A stretch of DNA of 64,000 nucleotides from Limnochordia bacterium. GTDB taxonomy: Bacteria; Bacillota; Limnochordia; DTU080. The notes beneath the pieces were generated by a model that made no database searches, was not told where the DNA came from, and saw nothing but the letters and a program-made list of their open reading frames with translations. Position 1 is the first letter of the stretch. Every line of letters starts with the position of its first letter. The DNA lies in NCBI GenBank assembly GCA_050951545.1, contig JBMNJG010000016.1, positions 64,001-128,000 of the forward strand, in the 5' to 3' direction. Positions 27,991 through 36,986 of this stretch are shown here, in pieces. The position numbers and the translations under genes were made by a program.

Positions 27991-28311
27991 ATGAAGACTA
28001 CGGGCATCGTACGCCGAATCGACGAACTAGGTCGCATCGTCCTTCCGATCGAACTGCGCCGCAACCTGCACATTGGTCAAAGGGATGCTTTGGAAATCCA
28101 CGTAGAAGGCGACAAGATTATCTTGCGGAAATGCGAGCAAGCGTGTGTCTTCTGCAGCAGTAAAAACAGCCTTCACGTGTTTCACGACAGGCCTGTCTGT
28201 GCATCGTGCTGGACGGAAATGAGCCAGACGAGCCTCCCAGAGAGCAGCTCAGCTTCCACGAAGGCTACGACCAATCCTGGCGCTTCGCCTCGCCAGACAG
28301 CGTCAAACTGA
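27991..28311 (+). CDS. abrB: AbrB-family transition-state regulator
   Basis: MKTTGIVRRIDELGRIVLPIELRR and C-terminal CVFC..CxxC; metG-abrB-rsmI synteny. Confidence 0.92.
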   Translation: MKTTGIVRRIDELGRIVLPIELRRNLHIGQRDALEIHVEGDKIILRKCEQACVFCSSKNSLHVFHDRPVCASCWTEMSQTSLPESSSASTKATTNPGASPRQTASN

Positions 28312-29155
28312 TCTGGTAAACGAGACGTCGGGGCAAGCCAGTCTCTTTCACCACCGCACGCACGGCATCGGAGCGCGACAGCCCCTGCTGCACATACGTA
28401 CGTAGCAAAGCAGCAACCTCATCCTCAGACGCAGAGCTAGCCGTCCGGGTGAGAACCGCGGGGTCCTGGCCTGCAATCACAATCACGCACTCGCCTCGGG
28501 GTTGGCTAGTCTCAAAGTGGCTCATAAGCGAGCGCAAACTGCCCCGAACACACTCCTCATGCATCTTCGTCAGTTCGCGAGCAACCGCCGCGGGTCTGTC
28601 GCCCAATGAAGCGTGCAAATCCTCCAGCGTCCGCAGCAGACGATGCGGAGCTTCATAGAGCAGCATCGTCCGCCTTTCCATAGCCAACTCTTGCAGACGC
28701 TCTTGGCGCGCAGTGCCAGAGCGGGGGAGAAAGCCCTCAAACGCAAAGCGTTCACTGCCTAAGCCGGAGACCACCAGAGCGCTCACTGCGGCCGTTGGTC
28801 CGGGAACTGGTACCACCCGAATGTCCGCAGTAATAGCTGCTTGCACGAGCACCTGTCCCGGGTCTGAAATACCCGGCATCCCGCCGTCACTTACCAGAGC
28901 AATACTCTGACCTGCCTGCATTCTACGTATCAAGAGCGCACACCGAGATTGCTCGTTATGCTGATAGTAACTGATCATCGGCTTCTTGATACCCAACCTG
29001 GCGAGCAAACGGCCCGTGCGGCGTGTATCTTCAGCTGCGACGAGGTCGACCTCCTGCAAGATCCTGATTGCACGCTGGGAGATGTCCTCTACGTTACCCA
29101 AAGGTGTTCCTACAACATAGAGGACTCCAGGCTCTGTAGTCACCGCCAGGCTCAA
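28265..29155 (-). CDS. rsmI: 16S rRNA (cytidine1402-2'-O)-methyltransferase
   Basis: LYVVGTPLGN.ED, AEDTR, SDGGMPGISDPG, ARELTK.HEE. Confidence 0.96.
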   Translation of the reverse strand: MSLAVTTEPGVLYVVGTPLGNVEDISQRAIRILQEVDLVAAEDTRRTGRLLARLGIKKPMISYYQHNEQSRCALLIRRMQAGQSIALVSDGGMPGISDPGQVLVQAAITADIRVVPVPGPTAAVSALVVSGLGSERFAFEGFLPRSGTARQERLQELAMERRTMLLYEAPHRLLRTLEDLHASLGDRPAAVARELTKMHEECVRGSLRSLMSHFETSQPRGECVIVIAGQDPAVLTRTASSASEDEVAALLRTYVQQGLSRSDAVRAVVKETGLPRRLVYQISLTLSGEAKRQDWS

Positions 29156-30174
29156 CTCCCTGCTGCGTCTTGTGTACGCTTCGGCCTACGCTTGCGCCAA
29201 CGGCGTCGCTTTCCAGAGCCTTTTCCCTTGGCACTGCCTTTTTTCGCGGGTGAAGTTGATGAAGGTGACTCCGGTCTAGGCCGCTCATTTGAGACCTCCG
29301 CATTACTAGCCACCCGCGGAGTCTCATTTCGCTGACTACACGCCTGCTTCACAGCATCAACAGCAGGCTGTGTTAGGCAGCCGCGTTCTAACTGGTCCCA
29401 GCCAACTGTGATCCGTGTGCCTTCGGGCAACTGGACTGCGGCATTCTCGCGCAGAAGGTTTACGGCGACAACTCGAGCCTCACCGTTGGGGGCGGATATC
29501 GTGTCGCCAAGCTTTGGCTGTCGCATACGCGCATCTTGATAAGCGTGCGCCTCATAGCGTAGACAGCATTTCAGACGCCCACACAATCCTGAGATCTTCC
29601 CAGGATTCATCGACAGCTCCTGCTCCTTGGCATGTCGAATAGAAACCGGAGAGAAGTCACCGATCCATGTTGTGCAACACAGGCAACGCCCACATACGCC
29701 CACTCCGCCTAGCATCTTGGCTTCGTCGCGGACCCCCACTTGCCTGAGCTCAATACGGGTATGCAGTCTGCCCGCGAGGTCTTTAACGAGCTCGCGAAAG
29801 TCGACACGCTGCTCAGAGGTGAAGAAAAACACCAGCTTGCTCTTGTCGAAAGCACATTCGACTCCGACTAGCTTCATCTCTAACCCGAGGGCTTCTATGC
29901 ACTTCTGAGCGATGGTGAAGGCCTCGGTTTCGCGTTCTCGATTGTCACGGGCCTGACACAGATCCTCCTCGGTGGCAGAACGCACCACTCTCTTGAGCGG
30001 CTGCGTGATCTCCTCTTCGACCACCAAGCGAGAACCGATCGCCACCTCCCCGAGCTCTGTGCCGCGCACGGTCTCCACGATCACATTGCTCCCAACTTCA
30101 ACCTGCTGACCATCCGGGCTGAAATAATAGATCTTACCTGCCTTCTTGAAGCGCACTCCAATGACTTCTATCAC
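29152..30174 (-). CDS. ricT: PSP1-domain protein RicT/YaaT
   Basis: GVRFKKAGKIYYF, RVDFRELVKDL, ISGLCGRLKCCL. Confidence 0.93.
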   Translation of the reverse strand: MIEVIGVRFKKAGKIYYFSPDGQQVEVGSNVIVETVRGTELGEVAIGSRLVVEEEITQPLKRVVRSATEEDLCQARDNRERETEAFTIAQKCIEALGLEMKLVGVECAFDKSKLVFFFTSEQRVDFRELVKDLAGRLHTRIELRQVGVRDEAKMLGGVGVCGRCLCCTTWIGDFSPVSIRHAKEQELSMNPGKISGLCGRLKCCLRYEAHAYQDARMRQPKLGDTISAPNGEARVVAVNLLRENAAVQLPEGTRITVGWDQLERGCLTQPAVDAVKQACSQRNETPRVASNAEVSNERPRPESPSSTSPAKKGSAKGKGSGKRRRWRKRRPKRTQDAAGS

Positions 30175-31147
30175 AGGGTATTCCCCTTTGCATCTGCATT
30201 AGCATCACATCGAGCACCAGGCGTTTGTTCGCGTTACGCGACAAATGCCTCCTGGCCTCAGCAATGGCCACCAATGCCTGTTGGGCCGCGGCCTGCCACT
30301 CAGCGGCTTCCTCGTCGAGCAGCTGCATGGCGTCGATACTCGCCACTGATAGCTCTGAATCAAGGGACCGATGCCACACATCACGAAACCAGGCTGCCAT
30401 CATGTCCAGCCAACCGTGCAGGTCCTTTTCTGCTTCCAGTTCAGATGCGATAGGCCACACGGCCTTTAGCCTCTCACGACGCAAGGCCGTACACCATGAG
30501 GCTACGCGATCGCGCTGAGCTATGACGGTCTCAGGATCTAGCTCTAGCGCCAGCCCTGGCCTGCCCCCGCTCAAAGCAGCCAAGAGAGCAGCCTGCTTAG
30601 GGTCCAAACCGCGCTCAGCCTGAAGCCATGAGGCGATCACCGAGGCTGGCACCGGATGCATCCCTACAACCTGACAACGGGAGTGAATAGTAGGCAGGAT
30701 AGCGGCAGGTTGGTGAACGATAAGCATCATGACGCCGCTGCCTGGAGGTTCCTCCAAAACCTTGAGCATGCTGTTTTGTGCTTGCTCGGTCAGTGCCTCG
30801 GCATCATCGAGCACACAGACCTTGTAGCGTCCTTCATAGGGGCGCAGGGCAATCTGCGACTGCATGTCCCGCACCTGCTCAATGCGCAGACTAGAGCCAT
30901 TAGGCGTCAGCCAGTGGAGGTCCGGGTGATTGCCGCTATCCACTCTACGGCAGCCCCGACAGGCCTGACACGGAGCTTCCGTCGGTGAGTTTTCACAGAG
31001 GAGGGCCTGGGCAAACAGGCGCGCCAAGCGGGCCTTGCCGATACCCTTGACCCCCGAAAACATGTAGGCGTGCGCCACCTGCCCTGACGCCACAGCCGAG
31101 CGCAGAGAGTTCACCTCTGCCTTGTGACCAGCGATATCCCAAGGCAC
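30134..31147 (-). CDS. holB: DNA polymerase III delta-prime subunit
   Basis: HAYMFSG..GIGK, HPDL, LKVLEEPP, LPTIHSRC. Confidence 0.93.
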   Translation of the reverse strand: MPWDIAGHKAEVNSLRSAVASGQVAHAYMFSGVKGIGKARLARLFAQALLCENSPTEAPCQACRGCRRVDSGNHPDLHWLTPNGSSLRIEQVRDMQSQIALRPYEGRYKVCVLDDAEALTEQAQNSMLKVLEEPPGSGVMMLIVHQPAAILPTIHSRCQVVGMHPVPASVIASWLQAERGLDPKQAALLAALSGGRPGLALELDPETVIAQRDRVASWCTALRRERLKAVWPIASELEAEKDLHGWLDMMAAWFRDVWHRSLDSELSVASIDAMQLLDEEAAEWQAAAQQALVAIAEARRHLSRNANKRLVLDVMLMQMQRGIPCDRSHWSALQEGR

Positions 31148-31284
31148 GACCTCGCCCCCTTGAAAATCGTGTTAGGCTGTGCAGGCGTATCGGAGGCTGC
31201 TCTGAGTGTTCGCCGTATGTGACAAAAGCTTGCTACCGGTGACGCCCACGTCATTGCCAGCATAGCAGAAGGCAGAACTGAGTG

Positions 31285-31953
31285 TCAATTAGCGCTCTGT
31301 TCCAGCCATGGCCACCGCTTCAGGCAGTTGGCCCAGATTGTAGCTGCGACGAACTCTCGCGACTCTCCGGCTACGCTCAGCAGCTGAATGCGGGGCGTCT
31401 CGCGCGCCAGAGCGAGATAGCCTTCATACACTCTCTGCTGAAAATCCAGGCCACGCTGCTCAATCTGGTCTAGCTCTCTTCCGCGCGAGTAGCACGCCTG
31501 AGGGGGAATAGCCAGCAAAAAGGTGATATCAGGAAGAAGACCCTGTATAGCCAGCTGGTTTATTTCCCGAACAACCTCGTCCGAGCGACCCGCGGCCCAG
31601 CCTTGGTAGGCAAGACTGGAGTCCACATACCTGTCGCAGACGACAATCGCCCCCCGTTCCAGTGCTGGCTTAATCACATGCTTCACGTGTTGGGCACGAT
31701 CCGCCGCCAGCAGGAGCACCTCCGCCTCCCAGGTAAGCGGCTCTTGCACAGCTGAACCAGAGCCAACCTGCACTCCGAGAAGCCAATGACGTACCGCCAG
31801 CCCCAGCTGTGTCCCACCCGGTTCGCGAGTCAGCACGACGTCATGCTTCAGAGCCTGCAATCGCGAGGCCAGTAGCTTGGCTTGCGTGGTTTTCCCCACG
31901 CCGTCGGGGCCCTCAAAGGAGACGAATAGACCTCTCAAGATGTCATCCTCCAA
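31285..31953 (-). CDS. tmk: Thymidylate kinase
   Basis: FEGPDGVGKTT, TREPGG, DRYVDSSLAYQG. Confidence 0.96.
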   Translation of the reverse strand: MEDDILRGLFVSFEGPDGVGKTTQAKLLASRLQALKHDVVLTREPGGTQLGLAVRHWLLGVQVGSGSAVQEPLTWEAEVLLLAADRAQHVKHVIKPALERGAIVVCDRYVDSSLAYQGWAAGRSDEVVREINQLAIQGLLPDITFLLAIPPQACYSRGRELDQIEQRGLDFQQRVYEGYLALARETPRIQLLSVAGESREFVAATIWANCLKRWPWLEQSAN

Positions 31954-31968
31954 CCATAGACAAGCGAT

Positions 31969-33405
31969 TCAGGCCACCACAGTCACTGCCCCATCACCAG
32001 CATCGCCGCGTATGTGGAACCCAGACTCTTTGGCTCGACGTAGGTATTCCACGACCTCTTCGGTGACCACCTCACCCGGTACCAGTACTGGTACACCAGG
32101 TGGATACGGACACAAAGTCTGTCCAGCTATGCGTCCTACTGCCGCGCCCCAACTCACGCGTTCACACTTGGCTTGAGCTGCTTGCCGCGGGCTCAGCACC
32201 ACGGGTGGCAGACCCGGATAGGCAAGCGCCTGTCTTCGCGATCGCGGCAACGTCTGACGTAGAGCATCGATCGCCGCCACCAGGCGCCTGCCGTGAGCCA
32301 TATTGTCGCCCAATCCTACAAGAGCCACGCAGTAGCGTGTATCGGCCATCTCCACTTGTACTCCGAATTCCAAGCGTAAGGCAGCTGCCAACTCTAGGCC
32401 GCCGACGCCCTCACAGCCTACAATAAGTCGCGTCGGATCCCAGCCGTGAGCAATAGCCTCAAGATCATCGGCAGCCAGACAGCACACCCCTGGAAGAGCT
32501 CCCAGGGCCTCTCGCAGCTCATCAGCCACCCTAATGGCTTGAGTCCACAGGGATTCGCCTTGCGCCTCCATCTGTGCCCGAGCGCTATCGAGAGAAGCTA
32601 ACAGCAGTGAAGAAGGGCTGGTTGTCTGCAACACACCCAGGGCCCGTTCCAGAGCCTCAATATCTGCATCGACCGCGGCATGTAGCATCGATGCTTGAGT
32701 CAGGGCGCCTAGCGTCTTGTGAGTGCTCTGAGCAACCACGTGCGCCCCGCAGGCCAGAGCTGGCCGGGGAAAGCGCGGATGAAACGCGTAGTGAGCGCCA
32801 TGAGCTTCATCCACTAGCAGCCAAACACCATGAGCCTGTGAAAGGGCTGCGATAGCTTGAAGATCCCCACACAGCCCATAGTAGTTCGGGTAGGTGACCA
32901 CGACTGCCCGAGCTTCAGGAGCCCGTTGGAGCGCATCCGCATATTCCTCAGGTCCAACGGGCAACGGCACCTGCGTGACTGGATCAACGCGCATAGGAAC
33001 ATAGCAGGGCATGGCCCCTGAGAGAACCAAGCCCCCGGCCACGCAAAGATGAGCCTGCCGAGGGACAACGACCACGTCCCCCTCCCTCAGAGCGGCAACC
33101 AACATGGCATGGACTCCACCACTGGTACCGTTCACTAAGAACCTAGTCCATGCCGCCCCAAACAGTGCAGCTGCCCGCTTTTCCGCCTCGAACAGAAGCT
33201 GATCCCAGCTGTGATTCGATGAGGGGTCATACAACACGTCTGACAGGTCACACTGCAGTGCAGAACCCATGGATGCTTGCAGCCATCTAGAAGCTCCACG
33301 TCCCTGCTTGTGACCCGGTGTATGCCACGACTGCACGTTGTGCCGAGCGTAGGCGACGACAGCGCCTAAGAAGGTTGGATCACCCTCGTATTTCTGATTA
33401 CCCAT
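31969..33405 (-). CDS. Orn/Lys/Arg decarboxylase (YaaO-like, PLP fold I)
   Basis: HTPGHK, NGTS, VDEAHGAH, QSTHK, PYPPGVP. Confidence 0.92.
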   Translation of the reverse strand: MGNQKYEGDPTFLGAVVAYARHNVQSWHTPGHKQGRGASRWLQASMGSALQCDLSDVLYDPSSNHSWDQLLFEAEKRAAALFGAAWTRFLVNGTSGGVHAMLVAALREGDVVVVPRQAHLCVAGGLVLSGAMPCYVPMRVDPVTQVPLPVGPEEYADALQRAPEARAVVVTYPNYYGLCGDLQAIAALSQAHGVWLLVDEAHGAHYAFHPRFPRPALACGAHVVAQSTHKTLGALTQASMLHAAVDADIEALERALGVLQTTSPSSLLLASLDSARAQMEAQGESLWTQAIRVADELREALGALPGVCCLAADDLEAIAHGWDPTRLIVGCEGVGGLELAAALRLEFGVQVEMADTRYCVALVGLGDNMAHGRRLVAAIDALRQTLPRSRRQALAYPGLPPVVLSPRQAAQAKCERVSWGAAVGRIAGQTLCPYPPGVPVLVPGEVVTEEVVEYLRRAKESGFHIRGDAGDGAVTVVA

Positions 33406-33420
33406 GCGTTGACACCTCTG

Positions 33421-34569
33421 CTATAACGAACAAGGGGGTATCTGCACAGGCATCCTTGACTCGATGGACTCTGCAGCTGCAGCTGCTATGGCGGTGCTGT
33501 CCCTTGCGACCACGATGGAGTGTAGCGGCTGTCGCCCTGTCTTGACGCAGTCGACAAACTCCTCTATCAAGCCTGTGTCTCCCCCACCATGGCCGCCTCG
33601 GCCTGCTTTCGGTCGGTGCTCTTCAACCTCATTTGTGAAGCGCTTCGCCACACGGATCCAGAAGTTACCTGGGTTATCAAAAAAGGCTGTCATCTTACCT
33701 TTGTCTCCGACCAGAGTAAACTCCCTCGTGTACTCCGGAGTGAAGTGGCATTCTGTGTAGACAGCCCTCGTGTTGTTATCGTACTCGATGATCACCTGGG
33801 AGTTGTCCTCGACGTCACAGGCCCGGGAAAAGACGCAGAAATCCTGGACACCCTTCTCCTGGGCGTCGCGCAATACATGTGGGCAGGAGTCAGCCTCGTC
33901 ACAGGTAGAACAGCGCTTATCCTCTGGCGCCTGCCCTCCATACACATTGAGCCCGCCCACGGCATACACTTTGCTCGGCCGTGAGTCCATGAACCAGTTG
34001 ACAAGATCGATTGTATGCACGCCCTTCTGCAGCAACAGGCTGCGCACAAACGACTTCCGGCTGTACATGTTATGGTAGAAGTACTTGTCGCCTACCGACA
34101 CGTTATCTATCGCTTGACCCATGACTACATGGCCGATGACTCCCTCATCCAGCAGCTCCCGCATACGAGTAAACAGTGTGCAATGCCTCAACTCTAGCCC
34201 CACCATGAAAACCCTATCTTTGGCATGGGAGTGCCAGGCCCTAACCAAACCGTCACACTGTTCTACAGTCTGCGCCATGGGCTTCTCTAGCAGAACGTGC
34301 TTGCGATGCTTGAGTGCCTGGAGAGCATTGTCGTAATGGGCATGATCGGACGAGGCCACCACAACTGCGTCGATCCCTTCACTAGCGAGCATCTCATCCA
34401 AGGTTGCGAACACGTTGGCCTCGGGATAGCGCTGATGCGCCTCTGCCCGCCGCTCCTCCCCCAGCTCCGCGATGGCTACCAGTCGGGAGCCAGGGTGCTC
34501 ACCAAACACCCTGCAGAAAAAGCGCCCTCGTCCACCAAAACCGACCACGCCAACACCGATCCGTTCCAA
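33421..34569 (-). CDS. Gfo/Idh/MocA family oxidoreductase
   Basis: GVVGFGGRG, HVLLEKP, GGHGGGD. Confidence 0.92.
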   Translation of the reverse strand: MERIGVGVVGFGGRGRFFCRVFGEHPGSRLVAIAELGEERRAEAHQRYPEANVFATLDEMLASEGIDAVVVASSDHAHYDNALQALKHRKHVLLEKPMAQTVEQCDGLVRAWHSHAKDRVFMVGLELRHCTLFTRMRELLDEGVIGHVVMGQAIDNVSVGDKYFYHNMYSRKSFVRSLLLQKGVHTIDLVNWFMDSRPSKVYAVGGLNVYGGQAPEDKRCSTCDEADSCPHVLRDAQEKGVQDFCVFSRACDVEDNSQVIIEYDNNTRAVYTECHFTPEYTREFTLVGDKGKMTAFFDNPGNFWIRVAKRFTNEVEEHRPKAGRGGHGGGDTGLIEEFVDCVKTGRQPLHSIVVARDSTAIAAAAAESIESRMPVQIPPCSL

Positions 34570-34914
34570 AACTGTCTGCCCCCTCGTTACTACGTGAACT
34601 GCGAAGCAGGTATGCTGAGCTCAGATGAAGGATTACGCTCGTATACCCAAGTTGCAGTGTGGACTTCACCGAAGTCCCCTGTAGGTCCTGCTGTTTTTCC
34701 ACCCTACCTTCGTTGTGGGTGCCGCTGTACCATCGACGACCACCCTCACAGCCTTGGGGACTTCACATGCATTGCCTCGCCTTTCTTTTTTTGCCCAGTC
34801 GTCACTGTTTCGTCACATTCGCGTGTTATGGTATCATATACAAGGCGGGCAATCACTGCCGCTCGCATATGAGCCACGAAGATCAAGCCTGTTCTCAGGG
34901 AATATTAGCAGGGA

Positions 34915-36123
34915 GTGATGGCTGTGCGTTGGAGTAAAAGCTGGAAAGGCATTGCTGGAGCCATTGGCCTCACCGTCATCGTTCTGAGTTGTCTCTACGC
35001 GCTACCAGCCTCGCGTTCCAGCGTTCCAGGTGCCCTGGCAGCGCCCGGAGCACCTGCCAGCAGTGTCCAACTGCTCGCTGGTCTGGGGCCTTATGCTGTA
35101 GCCGATGTGGCCGAAGCGGTTAGCCCGGCGGTCGTCTACGTTGAAGTGGAATACAAGGCACAGGAGCGAACCCCGGGTCGCCAGTCCTTCGGAGGATCCC
35201 CGTTCGGTGATCTCTTTGACATGTTCTGGTATGGAGTGCCACAGATTCCACAGCAAGCGATATCGCAGGGAACTGGCTTTGTCATCTCTCAAGATGGGCA
35301 GGTGCTCACGAACCAGCATCTCATAGACAACAGCAGCAACATCCAAGAGATCAGGGTCTACGTGCACAACCGCAAAGAGCCCTACAAGGCAGAACTGCTC
35401 GGATTCGACTACCAGCTTGACCTAGCTGTACTCAAGATCAACGCCCGTGAGAAATTCCCAGTTGCGCAACTCGGGGATTCCGACAAGACGCGTGTAGGTG
35501 AGTTCGTCGTAGCCATCGGCAACCCCTACGGCAAGGACTTTGACCACACGGTGACAGTAGGTGTCTTGTCTGCCAAGGGACGCAAGATACAGATCCCAGA
35601 TACGACCCGTGGCGAGTTGCGCGAGTACACGAATCTTATGCAGACAGACGCGGCTATTAACCCCGGGAATTCCGGTGGTCCATTGCTGAACCTGCAGGGT
35701 GAAGTCATAGGCATCAATACCGCAGTACGCGCTGACGGCCAAGGCATCGGATTCGCTATCCCTATCAATGTGGCCAAGGAAGTCGTTGAGGATCTAGTCA
35801 CGAGGGGTAAGGTACAGCGGCCGTTTATTGGTATCTCCTATGGTCCTATATCGCAGGAGATCGCCGACTATCTCAAACTATCCGGTACCGAGGGCGTGCT
35901 GATCAGCGAGGTCGTCCAGGGATCCGCGGCTAGCAAAGCTGGCCTCCAGCCCTGGGACATCGTACGCAAAATCGAAGATCGCGAGATCAAGACCGTTGAT
36001 GATGTGCTCAAGATCACGGAGAATATGAAAATCGGAGACAAACTCCGCTTCATGGTGGACCGAGTGGCCAGTGGTAGAACACGAAGCGTCTCCATCTTGG
36101 TCACAGTTGGGGCTAGAGACTGA
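34915..36123 (+). CDS. HtrA/DegP-family serine protease with PDZ domain
   Basis: LTNQH, DLAVLK, QTDAAINPGNSGGPL. Confidence 0.94.
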   Translation: MMAVRWSKSWKGIAGAIGLTVIVLSCLYALPASRSSVPGALAAPGAPASSVQLLAGLGPYAVADVAEAVSPAVVYVEVEYKAQERTPGRQSFGGSPFGDLFDMFWYGVPQIPQQAISQGTGFVISQDGQVLTNQHLIDNSSNIQEIRVYVHNRKEPYKAELLGFDYQLDLAVLKINAREKFPVAQLGDSDKTRVGEFVVAIGNPYGKDFDHTVTVGVLSAKGRKIQIPDTTRGELREYTNLMQTDAAINPGNSGGPLLNLQGEVIGINTAVRADGQGIGFAIPINVAKEVVEDLVTRGKVQRPFIGISYGPISQEIADYLKLSGTEGVLISEVVQGSAASKAGLQPWDIVRKIEDREIKTVDDVLKITENMKIGDKLRFMVDRVASGRTRSVSILVTVGARD

Positions 36124-36234
36124 CACATCCTGAACCTAGGCTTCACATACCCCCCCTAGTGGACGGTCACCAGCGTCTTGGCAGGTGGCCGTCGCTTGTT
36201 GAGGGGCTACGTACGAAACAAAGGTGGGTCTCAG

Positions 36235-36945
36235 GTGCAACATGGCCGGATTCTTGTTGTCGAGGACGAACCCAATGTCTCGGAGCTCGTCGCCCTCTAT
36301 CTCTCCCGTGAAGGCTATGAAGTACAGGTGGTGGAAGACGGGGAGTCCGCTCTGCAACAGTTCGCTACCTGGCGGCCAGATCTGGTCGTGCTTGACCTTC
36401 TTCTGCCGCGTATCGACGGGTGGGAAGTTTGTCGACAGATTCGTGGCCGATCGCAGACCCCGATCATCATGTTGACCGCTCGTACAGATGATCTCGACCG
36501 GATTCTCGGTCTTGAGATGGGCGCCGACGACTACGTCTCCAAGCCTTTCAACCCTCGAGAGCTGGTGGCTCGGGTGCGCGCGGTCTTGCGCCGCTCCAGA
36601 GCCACGCCGTCGACTGGCCTGCAAGCGGTGATCAGGCTGCCGGAACTTGAGATTGATCGCGACAGGCACTCTGCCCATGTAGCTGGTGAAGAGGTACGAC
36701 TCACACCCAAGGAGTTCGATCTTCTTTGGTTACTGGCGAGCAATCCCGGGCGTGCTTTCAACAGGCAAGAGCTCCTAGAGCATGTGTGGGGCTTTGATTT
36801 CTTCGGGGACGATCGTACTATTGATGTGCACGTCAAACGCTTGCGACGCAAACTGGAGCCCGAAACGCATCCCTATCGCTATATTCACACGGTGTGGGGT
36901 GTCGGCTACAGGCTAGAGGCGTTGCCTGTAGAGGAAACTCGGTAG
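36235..36945 (+). CDS. OmpR/PhoB-family response regulator
   Basis: ILVVEDE, LDLLLP, GADDYVSKPF, RTIDVHVKRLR, TVWGVGY. Confidence 0.95.
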   Translation: MQHGRILVVEDEPNVSELVALYLSREGYEVQVVEDGESALQQFATWRPDLVVLDLLLPRIDGWEVCRQIRGRSQTPIIMLTARTDDLDRILGLEMGADDYVSKPFNPRELVARVRAVLRRSRATPSTGLQAVIRLPELEIDRDRHSAHVAGEEVRLTPKEFDLLWLLASNPGRAFNRQELLEHVWGFDFFGDDRTIDVHVKRLRRKLEPETHPYRYIHTVWGVGYRLEALPVEETR

Positions 36946-36986
36946 GCTGGCCCTTCCGGCGTGGCAGGTATTAGGAGGGTAGAGCT

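Noticed and set aside
28265-28311. Convergent overlaps abrB/rsmI (also 11755-11799)
   Set aside because: Short 3' overlaps through low-complexity tails are common in GC-rich genomes.
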